Shown: in pieces, positions 1-9,660 of the stretch
How the letters are laid out: each line of letters begins with the position of its first letter
How positions within the stretch are numbered: the first letter of the stretch is position 1
NCBI GenBank assembly: GCA_919903055.1
Contig: CAKKSB010000081.1
Coordinates: forward strand, 4,303-49,230
DNA: 44,928 bases
Source: Gammaproteobacteria bacterium
GTDB taxonomy: Bacteria; Pseudomonadota; Gammaproteobacteria; DRLM01
Direction of reading: 5' to 3'
Notes under the pieces: model-generated
What the model was told of the DNA's origin: nothing
Databases searched by the model: none
What the model saw: the letters and a program-made list of their open reading frames with translations, nothing else
Program-made: the position numbers and the translations under genes

Positions 1-1
1 G

Positions 2-142
2 GCGCTGCATCCGCCTATCTTGCAACAGGCGGTGTTGCTCAAGCGCGGGGCGGGCAATCCGGCGGCCGAGGGATTCGTAAAGTATTTGCGCGGACCGCGC
101 GCCGCGGCGATTATCCGGCGCGCGGGTTACGACCTGCCTTGA
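2..142 (+). CDS. modA: molybdate ABC transporter periplasmic substrate-binding protein, C-terminal fragment (5' end outside window)
   Basis: Frame-2 translation reads ALHPPILQQAVLLKRGAGNPAAEGFVKYLRGPRAAAIIRRAGYDLP*. The tail (A.GFV.YL.GP.AA.I..R.GY) matches my memory of the ModA C-terminus. Stop TGA at 140-142. Confidence 0.5.
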   Translation, partial: ALHPPILQQAVLLKRGAGNPAAEGFVKYLRGPRAAAIIRRAGYDLP

Positions 143-149
143 ATTCGCT

Positions 150-629
150 TCAACACCCCGCGTCGCGGGGGTGGGATGACCAGTCCTGCGAGCGGGAAAG
201 TTGTTGCGCGGTCATGTCCCGTTCCAAGGCGTCGCGGTAGGCGAGGGCCAGGCGGTGGCCCTGGGCGGCGGCCAGGCTGTACCAGAGGTGGGCGTAGTCG
301 GGATAGGCGGGCATGGACATGGGGCGGTTTTTGGCGGCGCGGAAACCGTACAGCTGGCCGAGCTGGAATTGCGCGCCGGCATGACCGTTGAGCGCGGCCT
401 TGCAGAACCAGCCGCGGGCGACGGTTTCGGTGTGGCCGGGACCGTAGCCGCAACAATAAGCGAGGCCCAGTTGATATTGGGCTTCGCTGTCGCCCTGCTC
501 CGCGCGTTGCCGCAAGTCGGCGCGTTTGAGTTGCTCGACGTCGAACTGGGCGCTTTTGCCGCCGCCGAAGTACGAACAGCCGCCGAGGAGTGCGCCGATC
601 AACAGCAGTATGAGGGTGCGTGCAGGCAT
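150..629 (-). CDS. Sel1/TPR-repeat lipoprotein
   Basis: 168-aa ORF. The internal ATG at 629 is preceded by GGGAGA. Signal peptide plus lipobox (LLGGC). Sel1-like repeats (AQYQLGLAY, AQFQLGQLY, AHLWYSLAAAQG). Confidence 0.7.
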   Translation of the reverse strand: MPARTLILLLIGALLGGCSYFGGGKSAQFDVEQLKRADLRQRAEQGDSEAQYQLGLAYCCGYGPGHTETVARGWFCKAALNGHAGAQFQLGQLYGFRAAKNRPMSMPAYPDYAHLWYSLAAAQGHRLALAYRDALERDMTAQQLSRSQDWSSHPRDAGC

Positions 630-761
630 GGCCGATCTCCCGTTGTGATGCGCCACAGCCTAGCATAGCGGCCACGCTTCCGGTAATGCCGCGCGGCGCT
701 TAAGATACACGCTCGCTGAACCGGGGCCATCACCGCCCTTTTTGCATACCGGGAGACGATC

Positions 762-1748
762 ATCAGTTACGCTTTATTACGTCCTTTCTTATTTCGGCTC
801 GACGCCGAGACCGCTCATCACTGGACCCTCGCCGTGCTGAAGGGCGCGCATCGCCTCCATCTGCTCGGCGCCGGCGGTGTGCCGGGGTCGCCGCGTCGCG
901 TGATGGGCCTGGATTTCCCCAACCCGGTGGGGCTGGCGGCCGGGCTGGATAAAAACGGCGATTACATCGACGCGTTGGCCGCGCTGGGTTTCGGCTTCAT
1001 CGAGGTCGGCACGGTGACGCCCCGCCCGCAGCCAGGCAATCCGCGGCCGCGCTTGTTCCGCCTGCCCGAGGCGCGGGCCATCATCAATCGCATGGGTTTC
1101 AATAATAACGGCGTCGATTATCTGCTGGCGAGGGTGCGGCAGGCCCGTTACCGCGGGGTGCTCGGCATCAACATCGGCAAGAACGCCGACACGCCGGTGG
1201 AGCGGGCGGCGGACGATTACCTCATCGGCTTGCGCAAGGTATATACGGCGGCCAGTTATGTGACGGTGAACATCTCCTCGCCCAACACCGCCAATCTGCG
1301 CAGCCTGCAGGAGGGCGCCGCCCTCACCGCCTTGCTGGGACGCTTGAAACAGGAGCAGCAGCCGCTCGCCGTGAAGATCGCCCCCGACCTCGGCGCCGAG
1401 GCGGTGGCGGAGATGGCCGCGGTGATCTGCGAGTCGGGCATCGACGCGGTGATCGCCACCAACACCACTCTGGCGCGCGAGGCGGTGGCGCAGCTGCCCC
1501 ACGGTGGGGAAACCGGTGGTTTGAGCGGCGCGCCGCTTACCCGGCGCGCCACCGAGGTGGTGAGCGAGTTGCACGCCGTGTTGCGGGACACCGTGCCCAT
1601 CATCGCCGCGGGCGGTATCATGGACGGCGCCGATGCCTTGGCCAAACTGCGGGCCGGCGCGTCGCTGGTGCAGGTCTACAGCGGCCTGATTTACCGCGGT
1701 CCGGCCTTGGTGCGGGAGGTGGCCGCCACGTTGGCTCAGGCCAAATGA
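762..1748 (+). CDS. pyrD: dihydroorotate dehydrogenase (quinone), class 2
   Basis: PyrD motifs present: [61 protein letters not shown]. The ORF track starts at GTG 834, but the frame is open from 687 and encodes [19 protein letters not shown], colinear with the E. coli PyrD N-terminus. The aligned first codon is ATC (762), 5 nt after GGGAGA (751-756). Start is uncertain (762 non-canonical vs 834). Confidence 0.85.
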   Translation: MSYALLRPFLFRLDAETAHHWTLAVLKGAHRLHLLGAGGVPGSPRRVMGLDFPNPVGLAAGLDKNGDYIDALAALGFGFIEVGTVTPRPQPGNPRPRLFRLPEARAIINRMGFNNNGVDYLLARVRQARYRGVLGINIGKNADTPVERAADDYLIGLRKVYTAASYVTVNISSPNTANLRSLQEGAALTALLGRLKQEQQPLAVKIAPDLGAEAVAEMAAVICESGIDAVIATNTTLAREAVAQLPHGGETGGLSGAPLTRRATEVVSELHAVLRDTVPIIAAGGIMDGADALAKLRAGASLVQVYSGLIYRGPALVREVAATLAQAK

Positions 1749-1821
1749 ACGGCGGCTTATCGGTTTGAGTTGCGGGCGACGCGCGCGCGGATTTTAGCGT
1801 AGGGTATTTAACATCACGGCA

Positions 1822-2259
1822 ATGGAGAAAGCAGTGAAAAAAGAATCCTGGTTTGGACAAAAAGGCCGCCGCAGCGTCGATAAGGTGAAGGACTTCGGTA
1901 CCTTGATCGGCGCGGACTCCAGTTTCAGCGGCACGTTGCGCGGCAAGGACAATTACGCGGTATACGGCGCGGTGGAAGGCGATTGCGAACTGGAAGGGGC
2001 TTTGATGCTCGGCCCCGGCGGCCGTTGGAAGGGCAATATCAGCGCCGCCGTGGTGTTTATCGCCGGTCAGGTGGAAGGTAATGTCACCGCGCTGGAGAAG
2101 TTGGAGATCGCTCCCGGCGCGCGGGTACGGGGTAATTTGAGCAGCGGATCCATCGCCATCGCCGACGGCGCGGTATTCGAGGGCGAAGTGAAAATGCCTA
2201 AATCCGAACAAGTCACCCATTTCGCCGAGCGGCGCGGCGGCGAACCCGCCGGCGAGTGA
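1822..2259 (+). CDS. bactofilin-family polymer-forming cytoskeletal protein
   Basis: 145 aa. Beta-helical repeat pattern typical of the bactofilin/DUF583 core (GTLIGADSSFSGTL.G, VYGAVEGD, IAGQVEGNV, LEIAPGARVRGNL, IADGAVFEGEV). Confidence 0.75.
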   Translation: MEKAVKKESWFGQKGRRSVDKVKDFGTLIGADSSFSGTLRGKDNYAVYGAVEGDCELEGALMLGPGGRWKGNISAAVVFIAGQVEGNVTALEKLEIAPGARVRGNLSSGSIAIADGAVFEGEVKMPKSEQVTHFAERRGGEPAGE

Positions 2260-2286
2260 GATTCAAACGGCTACGGTGGACGAGGT

Positions 2287-2643
2287 TTAGTCGCCGTTGA
2301 GGCCGAGACGGGTATTTTGACCCTGCTGTTCCGCGCAGCGGTAAAACACTCCCACCGCGTAGTCGTGGGGATTGCCGTTCCACAAATAAGCGCCCCAAAT
2401 CACTTTTAACAAATAGGTGGAATACTGCTCGTGCAGAATCACGGCAAGCGGGTTTTTCGAGGCCAAGTCCAGCGCGTTTTCCGCCGGCACGCCCAAGCGT
2501 GAGTTGATGACGGAATCAAATCCCACCATGGCATGTCCATAACAGAGTTGCGCATCCAACTCGCGCGGCAGGCCGTCGAAGGCGGCAGCCGTCGGGCCGG
2601 CCACGGCGAAGACGCAGATCAGTGATAACATGAGGTGTTTCAT
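2287..2643 (-). CDS. hypothetical secreted protein
   Basis: ORF with N-terminal signal peptide (MKHLMLSLICVFAVAGPTAAA) starting from the internal ATG at 2643. No recognisable domain. Codon usage is consistent with the flanks. Confidence 0.5.
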   Translation of the reverse strand: MKHLMLSLICVFAVAGPTAAAFDGLPRELDAQLCYGHAMVGFDSVINSRLGVPAENALDLASKNPLAVILHEQYSTYLLKVIWGAYLWNGNPHDYAVGVFYRCAEQQGQNTRLGLNGD

Positions 2644-2868
2644 AAGCGAGCCCTCCACCGCGCGGAACCGGGTCCGGGACCGGCGGTTGCGAGTGAAAAC
2701 GAGGCTGGAATTTCCACCCTCTTAATTTGGCTAGCGGCCGCGGGCGGCCCGCCCTTAACGAACGAGCGGCATCGCCGCCACCACGTGCGCATTGCGCGCC
2801 GGGACGCACTCTGATGATAATGACCGACCTTTTCCGGCGCCTTGGCAGTACGAGACTTTGTAGAGAAT

Positions 2869-4695
2869 ATGACTGACGAGCTTCCCATTCGGTTTCACAT
2901 ATGGCCCGACCAGCCGGGCGCCCATCTTTTTGAAGTGACCTGCGAGATCGCCGATCCCGATCCGGCGGGGCAAGTTTTTTCGCTGCCGGCGTGGATACCC
3001 GGCAGCTACATGCTGCGCGAATTCGCGAAAAGCGTGGTGCAGGTCGAGGCTCGCGCCGGCGGCAACGCGGTAGCGGTACGCAAGCTCGACAAAAGCACTT
3101 GGCGGTGCGCGCCCTGCGCCGGGTCGCTCACCGTGCGTTATCAAGTCCATGCCTGGGATTTATCGGTACGCGGCGCGCACCTGGATACCACTCACGCTTA
3201 TTTCAACGGCACCAGCGTTTTCATCAAAGTGGCGGGCCAGGAACACCGCCGCCACCTCGTCGATATTCAGCCGCCGGCGGGCGCTGCCTATCGCGATTGG
3301 CGGGTCGCCACCGCGATGGCGCGCGAGAGTGCCCATCCCTACGGCTTCGGCCGTTATCAGGCCGCCGATTACCAAGAATTGATCGACCACCCGGTGGAGA
3401 TGGGGGTGTTCACTCTCGCGACTTTTTACGCTTGCGGTTATCCCCACGATATCGTGCTGAGCGGCCGCCACCGTGCCGACCTCGATCGTCTCTGCCAGGA
3501 TCTCACCGCGATCTGCGAGTACCAGATCCGCTTTTTCGGCGAGCCGCCGCCGATGGACCGCTACGTGTTTTTGATCACGGTGGTCGGTAACGGCTACGGC
3601 GGCCTGGAACACCGCGCCTCGTGCAGTTTGTTATGCAGCCGCGATGATTTGCCGCGCGCCGGCCAGCACGATATGACTGAAAAATACCGCACCTTGCTCG
3701 GTTTGTGCAGCCACGAATATTTCCACACTTGGCACGTCAAACGCATCAAACCCGCGGTGTTCGCCGCGCCGGATCTGGCGGTAGAAAACTACACGCGCCA
3801 GCTGTGGGCCTTCGAAGGCATCACCAGCTATTACCAAAGTCTCGCCCTGTTGCGCTGCGGTCTGATCACGTCCGAGGAATTTCTCGAACTGCTGGCGCAA
3901 ATGGCCACCCGGGTCTGGCGGGCGCCCGGCCGTTTCAAGCAAACCTTGGAAGAGTCCAGTTTCGACGCCTGGATCAAACTCTATAAACAAGACGACAACG
4001 CGCCCAACGCCCTCATCAGCTATTACACCAAAGGTGCTTTGGTGGCGTTGGCCTTGGATCTGCTGATCCGTCGCGACACCCGCAACGCCCGCAGTCTCGA
4101 CGACGTGATGCGCGCCTTATGGAAACGCTACGGTGAAACCGGCGCGGGCGTGCCGGAGGACGGCGTGGAGCGGATGGCGGAAGACGTGTCCGGGCTCGAT
4201 CTGCGCGCCTTTTTCGAACGGGCGTTGCGCAGCAGCGAGGAACTGCCGCTGGCGGACTTGCTTGCCCAGTTCGGGGTGAAGATGGAAGTGCGTCCGGCCG
4301 AGTCGGCGGCCGATGTCGGCGGCCGCGCCGCCAAAACCGCGCCCGATGTGTTGGCCCGCCGCGCGGTATTGGGCGTGCGGCTGGTCGAGAACGGCGGCGA
4401 TGCCAAACTGCAATACGTCTACGACGGCGGCGCCGCGCAACAGGCCGGCCTGTCGCCGGGCGATGTGTTGGTGGCGGTGGACGGCCTGCGCGCCACCCGC
4501 GCCAATTTGGAATCGTTGGTCACCGTTTACGCGCCCGGTGACACCGTGAACGTACATGTTTTTCGCCGCGACGAACTCATCAGTTTCAGCGTTACCCTGC
4601 GCGCCGCTCCCGCCGATACCTGCGTGTTCAGCTTGCTGGAAAACGCCGACGGCGCGGTGCGCGCGCAACGCGCGTCATGGCTGGGCGCGACGTAA
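2869..4695 (+). CDS. M61 family (glycyl aminopeptidase-like) zinc metallopeptidase with C-terminal PDZ domain
   Basis: HEYFHTWHVKRIKP zinc motif (HExxH), a downstream ALISYYTKGALVAL segment, and a PDZ-like GLSPGDVLVAVDG. ATG 2869 (MTDELPIRFHI) is preferred over TTG 2842. Confidence 0.8.
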   Translation: MTDELPIRFHIWPDQPGAHLFEVTCEIADPDPAGQVFSLPAWIPGSYMLREFAKSVVQVEARAGGNAVAVRKLDKSTWRCAPCAGSLTVRYQVHAWDLSVRGAHLDTTHAYFNGTSVFIKVAGQEHRRHLVDIQPPAGAAYRDWRVATAMARESAHPYGFGRYQAADYQELIDHPVEMGVFTLATFYACGYPHDIVLSGRHRADLDRLCQDLTAICEYQIRFFGEPPPMDRYVFLITVVGNGYGGLEHRASCSLLCSRDDLPRAGQHDMTEKYRTLLGLCSHEYFHTWHVKRIKPAVFAAPDLAVENYTRQLWAFEGITSYYQSLALLRCGLITSEEFLELLAQMATRVWRAPGRFKQTLEESSFDAWIKLYKQDDNAPNALISYYTKGALVALALDLLIRRDTRNARSLDDVMRALWKRYGETGAGVPEDGVERMAEDVSGLDLRAFFERALRSSEELPLADLLAQFGVKMEVRPAESAADVGGRAAKTAPDVLARRAVLGVRLVENGGDAKLQYVYDGGAAQQAGLSPGDVLVAVDGLRATRANLESLVTVYAPGDTVNVHVFRRDELISFSVTLRAAPADTCVFSLLENADGAVRAQRASWLGAT

Positions 4696-4800
4696 TTTTC
4701 CGCCGATTGCGCGGGCTTGCATCCCGGACGCAAACTGCGTAGCTTAACGGGCCTTGGAATTAATTTAAGTCGTTTTTCGGTTAAAAATAGGGGATATCGT

Positions 4801-5400
4801 ATGTCAGTTCTAGTCACCAAACCGGCGCCGGACTTCGTGGCGCAAGCCGTCATGGGCGACGGCAGCATCAAGGCCGATTTCAGATTGTCCGATCTGCGCG
4901 GCAAATACGTCGTGCTGTTTTTCTGGCCGCTGGATTTCACCTTCGTCTGTCCCACCGAGATCATCGCCCATGACAAACGCGCCGCGAAATTCCGCGAACG
5001 CGGCGTCGAGCTGGTCGGCGTCTCCATCGATTCGCAATTCACCCACGCCGCTTGGCGCAACACCCCGGTGGACAAGGGCGGTATCGGTCCCGTGAGTTTT
5101 CCGATGGTGGCCGACGTCAAACACGAAATCACCCGCGCTTATGGCATAGAACATCCGGATGGCGTCGCGCTGCGCGGCTCGTTCCTCATCGACCGTGACG
5201 GTATCGTGCAGCACCAGGTGGTGAACAACCTGCCGCTGGGCCGCGAAGTGGACGACATGCTGCGTCTGGTCGACGCGCTGCAATTCGTCGAGGAACACGG
5301 CGAAGTCTGTCCCGCCGGCTGGCAGAAGGGCGACGCGGCGATGAAGCCCGACGCCAAAGGCGTAGCCGATTACTTGGCCAAACACGCCAAGGAGTTGTAA
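4801..5400 (+). CDS. typical 2-Cys peroxiredoxin (AhpC/Tsa family)
   Basis: MSVLVTKPAPDF, FFWPLDFTFVCPTEI (peroxidatic Cys) and EVCPAGW (resolving Cys). Start ATG 4801 follows AGGGGA. No ahpF is adjacent. Confidence 0.9.
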   Translation: MSVLVTKPAPDFVAQAVMGDGSIKADFRLSDLRGKYVVLFFWPLDFTFVCPTEIIAHDKRAAKFRERGVELVGVSIDSQFTHAAWRNTPVDKGGIGPVSFPMVADVKHEITRAYGIEHPDGVALRGSFLIDRDGIVQHQVVNNLPLGREVDDMLRLVDALQFVEEHGEVCPAGWQKGDAAMKPDAKGVADYLAKHAKEL

Positions 5401-5451
5401 ACGTCGCGCGCGTGATCGCGCGATTTTGTAAATTTTATAATATCGATTACC

Positions 5452-5479
5452 ACGCCCATCCATGATGGGCGTTTTTTTT
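5452..5479 (+). terminator. rho-independent terminator after the peroxiredoxin gene
   Basis: ACGCCCATC (5452-5460), loop CAT, GATGGGCGT (5464-5472), followed by a T8 run. Confidence 0.8.
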
Positions 5480-5760
5480 GAAAACTTCCTCTCTATCCTC
5501 TACAATCGATGGCGATGTGATTTTTTCCAAGTCTCAAGTCGCATCCATGTTCATGCTGCCTCATGGGAGCTCAACAGTTCCGCAAGCGCTTATTCTGAAG
5601 TTTTTTTAACCCACCGGCCCGGTCTGATAGTTGCGAAGACCTTGCGATACGGCGGTCCCTTTTAAATCTCGATTCAAACGGCAAAGCTCAAGGCTAGGCC
5701 CGTCACCCTTAAAGCGATTGTTCGCTTTTGTCCTCCGCCATCAATCGAAAGGAAGCATCG

Positions 5761-7968
5761 ATGAGTATCACCAAACCCAAGAAGCCGAAAAGCAAAAACG
5801 TTCAAAAGCCGACCACCGCCAAGGTGAATGCGTTGGCGCAAGACACCACGGATGCCACAGGCGCTTATCTCACCACTAATCAGGGCGTGCGCATCAACGA
5901 TAATCAGAATTCACTCAAGACCGGCGAGCGCGGCCCGACCCTGCTGGAAGATTTCATCTTCCGCGAAAAAATCACTCACTTCGATCACGAGCGCATACCC
6001 GAGCGCATCGTGCACGCGCGCGGCGCAGGGGCGCACGGTTACTTCCAGGTCTATCAATCGATGGCGCAATACACCAAAGCGAAATTTCTGCAAAATCCTG
6101 CAGTGCAGACGCCGGTGTTCGTGCGCTTCTCCACCGTCGCCGGTTCGCGCGGTTCCACCGACCTCGCCCGCGACGTGCGCGGTTTCGCCGTCAAGTTTTA
6201 CACTGAAGAAGGTGTTTACGATCTGGTCGGCAACAACATTCCGGTATTTTTTATCCAGGACGCCATGAAATTTCCCGACCTGGTCCACGCCGTCAAACCG
6301 GAGCAGCACAACGAAATTCCGCAGGCGGCGTCGGCGCACGATACCTTCTGGGATTTCATTTCCTTGATGCCGGAAGCCATGCACATGATCATGTGGACAA
6401 TGTCGGACCGCGCTATCCCGCGTAGCTACCGTATGATGGAAGGCTTCGGCGTCCACACCTTCCGTTTCATCAATGAAAAGGGCAAAGGGTGTTTCGTCAA
6501 ATTCCATTGGAAGCCGTTGCTCGGCGTGCACTCGGTGTTGTGGGACGAGGCGATCAAGATTTCAGGCAACGACCCGGATTTTCATCGCCGCGATTTGTGG
6601 GAAGCGATCGAAAATGGCGATTACCCCGAATTCGAATTCGGCGTGCAAATCGTCGAGGAAAAGGACGAACACAAATTCGGCTTCGACCTGCTCGATCCCA
6701 CCAAAATTATTCCCGAGGAGCTGGTGCCGGTGCAGCGCATCGGCAAGCTCACGCTCAACCGCAATCCCGACAACTTTTTCGCCGAGACCGAGCAGGTGGC
6801 CTTTCATCCCGGCCACATCGTTCCCGGTATCGATTTCACCAACGACCCCCTGCTGCAAGGGCGCTTGTTCTCCTATCTCGACACGCAGTTGAAGCGCCTC
6901 GGCGGCCCTAACTTTCACGAAATTCCGATCAACCGCCCGACCGTGCCGGTACACAACAATCAGCGTGACGGCCATATGCGGCAGACCATCAACAAAGGCC
7001 GCGTCGCTTACGAACCGAATACCTTGGGCGGCGGCTGCCCGTTTCAGGCAATGAGGAGCGAAGGCGGTTTTGTAAGCCACGCCGAGCGCATCGACGCTAA
7101 TAAAGTGCGGGCGCGCAGCGAAAGTTTCTTCGACCACTTCAGCCAGGCAACGTTGTTCTTCAACAGCCAGTCGGCGCCGGAACAGGACCACATCGTCAAT
7201 GCCCTGCGTTTTGAATTGGGCAAAGTGGAAACGCCGGCGATCCGCGAGCGGATGGTTTTTATGCTGGCGCAAGTCGATAAAAGCTTGGCCAGCCGGGTGG
7301 CCGAAGGCTTGGGCATCGGCGTGCCCGCCGGCGTCGAGGGTCCGCTCAACCAGAGCATCCCGGCCGATGGCGATCCCAAACGATTTCAGCCCAAGCGGGT
7401 CGGCAAAAACGTCGGTGTTTCACCGGCGCTGAGCATGGCCAACACACCCAAGGACAGCATCAAAACTCGCAAAGTGGCGGTGCTGGTGGCGGAAGGTTTC
7501 GACGCCGCGGCGCTGGCCGCCGTCAAGCAGGGATTGCTGAACGCCGGCGCCCAGGTCAAATTGATTGCGCCGCGGCTTGGCCAATTGAAAGGCAATAATG
7601 GCGAGGAAGTGAAAATCGATTTCAGTTTCCTCACCAGCGCTTCGGTGTTGTTCGATGCAGCGTATATCCCCGGCGGCGAGCGCAGCATCGAAGCGCTCAA
7701 AGGCGTGCCCAAGGCCCTGCATTTTATAAATGAGGCATTCAAACATTGCAAAGCGATTGCCGCCACCGGCACGGCGGTGGATTTGTTGCAGGCGACTTAC
7801 CTTGCCGACAAGCTGAAGGAAGCGAACCGCAAGGGTGCGGTGGTAGTGGACGAGGGCGTGGTCATCAGTCGCGATGCACCGCCGGCCAAAGTCATCGCGG
7901 AATTCATCAAGGCCATCGCCCAGCATCGTCATTGGAGCCGTGAGCAGCACGACCACGTGCCGGCTTGA
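5761..7968 (+). CDS. katE: large-subunit monofunctional catalase (HPII type) with C-terminal DJ-1/PfpI-like domain
   Basis: Catalase core motifs (ERIPERVVHARGAGAHGYF-type: ERIPERIVHARGAGAHGYF, FSTVAGSRGS, RGFAVKFYTEEG, RLFSYLDTQ) plus a C-terminal extension of about 150 aa. ATG 5761 follows GGAAG. Confidence 0.92.
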   Translation: MSITKPKKPKSKNVQKPTTAKVNALAQDTTDATGAYLTTNQGVRINDNQNSLKTGERGPTLLEDFIFREKITHFDHERIPERIVHARGAGAHGYFQVYQSMAQYTKAKFLQNPAVQTPVFVRFSTVAGSRGSTDLARDVRGFAVKFYTEEGVYDLVGNNIPVFFIQDAMKFPDLVHAVKPEQHNEIPQAASAHDTFWDFISLMPEAMHMIMWTMSDRAIPRSYRMMEGFGVHTFRFINEKGKGCFVKFHWKPLLGVHSVLWDEAIKISGNDPDFHRRDLWEAIENGDYPEFEFGVQIVEEKDEHKFGFDLLDPTKIIPEELVPVQRIGKLTLNRNPDNFFAETEQVAFHPGHIVPGIDFTNDPLLQGRLFSYLDTQLKRLGGPNFHEIPINRPTVPVHNNQRDGHMRQTINKGRVAYEPNTLGGGCPFQAMRSEGGFVSHAERIDANKVRARSESFFDHFSQATLFFNSQSAPEQDHIVNALRFELGKVETPAIRERMVFMLAQVDKSLASRVAEGLGIGVPAGVEGPLNQSIPADGDPKRFQPKRVGKNVGVSPALSMANTPKDSIKTRKVAVLVAEGFDAAALAAVKQGLLNAGAQVKLIAPRLGQLKGNNGEEVKIDFSFLTSASVLFDAAYIPGGERSIEALKGVPKALHFINEAFKHCKAIAATGTAVDLLQATYLADKLKEANRKGAVVVDEGVVISRDAPPAKVIAEFIKAIAQHRHWSREQHDHVPA

Positions 7969-7980
7969 TGATGCGATGAG

Positions 7981-8016
7981 TTCAGCCGCCGGTTAAGACG
8001 CTGACCGGCGGCTGAA
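7981..8016. terminator. perfect 13-bp inverted repeat between convergent katE and batD (candidate bidirectional terminator)
   Basis: TTCAGCCGCCGGT (7981-7993) and ACCGGCGGCTGAA (8004-8016) with a 10-nt loop. It overlaps the last codons of batD. No U-tract on either side, so the function is uncertain. Confidence 0.4.
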
Positions 8017-9660
8017 CGATTCGGGGCGCCATGGATCATTCGCTATCGTCGCAGCCGTGCCTCCGCTGCGAATAATTTGTATCGCCTGTTCCACCGCCTG
8101 CTGCAATTGCGGCGTGGCCGCCGTGTGTTCGCGATCCTTGCCGTAACAAAGTCGCTGCACGGCGCGCACCGTCGCGCGCAGCGCGGCGTCGCCGCCGTTG
8201 CGTTGTTCCCAGTTGCGTAAACCCAGCTCGAGGCTAGTGCTGCCGAAGGCGGCGAGCAGGCGCGCTTGTAACGGATGCGGCGTGTGTACGGGGTTAATCG
8301 CCGCGCCCTGTTGCGCTGATTTGACCGGCGCGGCCGGTTTGCCTGGCGCGCGGCTGCGCCACCATAGCGCAGCGGTGGCCAGCCACAGCAGCGCGAAAAA
8401 CGCTGTGCCGATTTGCCAACCGCGCGTCTCCACGCTGAGACCGGATGTGCTGAATGAAGACGGCTCGCTTGCCGCGTGTTCGGCGGCGGCAATCATCGGC
8501 GCGGTGGCGGCCCGCGCGTCGCCGCTGATTTCGAGACGCGGCCCCGCCAGTTCAGCGACATCCAGTACGCCGCGTTCGGTATCGAAATACGGTACGCGCA
8601 CCGGCGGCAGGTCGATGCCGCCGGCGTTTTGCGGCAGCGCGGAGAAACTGTAACGCACGGTGGTGGTCACGCCGTCGGCGCCGACTTCGCTCTCGCGCTG
8701 GGCCTGGTCCGCATAAAGTTTGACGGGATCGGGTACGGCCGGCAGCGGCAGAGTATCGGGCAAGGCGAAACGGCTGAAGGCACCGCTCACCGTCACCGTC
8801 CAGGTGCTGAATTGATTGACCGCCGGTGCCGGCGTCGGCGGAGTCTGTGTGAGTTGCGGCACGCCGACGATTAAATTTTCGCCCACCGCGGCGGGCAGGG
8901 CTTGCACTTGCACGGTCGCCGGTTGATGGGGCAGGCGCAGCTTGCGGTCGGCGGCGGTAACGATCCATACATCGGGCAGCACGATTTTCAGCGCACCGCT
9001 GTCTTTGGGAAAAATCGCCCAGGCGGTGCGCACCACTTGATAAGGCGCGCCGTTGACGATTTCTTCGCGTCGGCTTTGCGGCAGTTCGCGGTGTTCCAGG
9101 AGTTCGATGCGGGTCGGCTCGGTGTCGATGTATTCGCCGACGCTGGCGCTCTTGAGCGGCACGCGGTGATAGACGTCGAGCCAAGCCACCAGATGTTCGC
9201 GTTGCCAGACTTGCGATTTGCTCACACCGCCGCGGCTGAAGACCTCGGGCAAAGCCTCGGGGGCGAGACTGCTCACTTGAATTTTGAGCGGCGCGCTACT
9301 GAGACCATCGATATGAAAGGCGGGTAAAGTGAAACTGCCGCCGCGGCGCGCAAACAATTCCACGCTGAGTTCGGAGGTGGAGCGGCCGCGGCCGAGATCG
9401 ACGTTGTAGCGGTGGGCGACTTGTGGTTTGCCGACGTCGAAGTCCGTGGCCAGCACGCTCAAGTCGATGTTGGGCGCCACGCCTTCGGCGCGCAAACGGG
9501 TCTCGCTGTTGATCAGCGTCAACGTCAGCGTCACCGGTTCGCCCAAGGCGACCGCGTTGCGGTCGATGCGCGCGGTGAACTCGGCGGCGGCCGAGACCGT
9601 GCTGAATAAAAGGCTCAATAAGCCGCACACCCATCGGCGCCGACGCTGCGTCATCACCAC
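7993..9660 (-). CDS. batD: BatD-family protein (last gene of MoxR/Bat operon)
   Basis: About 555 aa with an N-terminal signal peptide, a long beta-rich ectodomain, a late TM segment (WQIGTAFFALLWLATAALWW) and a C-terminal tail. Its position directly after VWA/TPR genes is typical of BatD. Start is GTG 9660 or ATG 9654, overlapping the upstream stop. Confidence 0.7.
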   Translation of the reverse strand: MVMTQRRRRWVCGLLSLLFSTVSAAAEFTARIDRNAVALGEPVTLTLTLINSETRLRAEGVAPNIDLSVLATDFDVGKPQVAHRYNVDLGRGRSTSELSVELFARRGGSFTLPAFHIDGLSSAPLKIQVSSLAPEALPEVFSRGGVSKSQVWQREHLVAWLDVYHRVPLKSASVGEYIDTEPTRIELLEHRELPQSRREEIVNGAPYQVVRTAWAIFPKDSGALKIVLPDVWIVTAADRKLRLPHQPATVQVQALPAAVGENLIVGVPQLTQTPPTPAPAVNQFSTWTVTVSGAFSRFALPDTLPLPAVPDPVKLYADQAQRESEVGADGVTTTVRYSFSALPQNAGGIDLPPVRVPYFDTERGVLDVAELAGPRLEISGDARAATAPMIAAAEHAASEPSSFSTSGLSVETRGWQIGTAFFALLWLATAALWWRSRAPGKPAAPVKSAQQGAAINPVHTPHPLQARLLAAFGSTSLELGLRNWEQRNGGDAALRATVRAVQRLCYGKDREHTAATPQLQQAVEQAIQIIRSGGTAATIANDPWRPESFSRRSAS

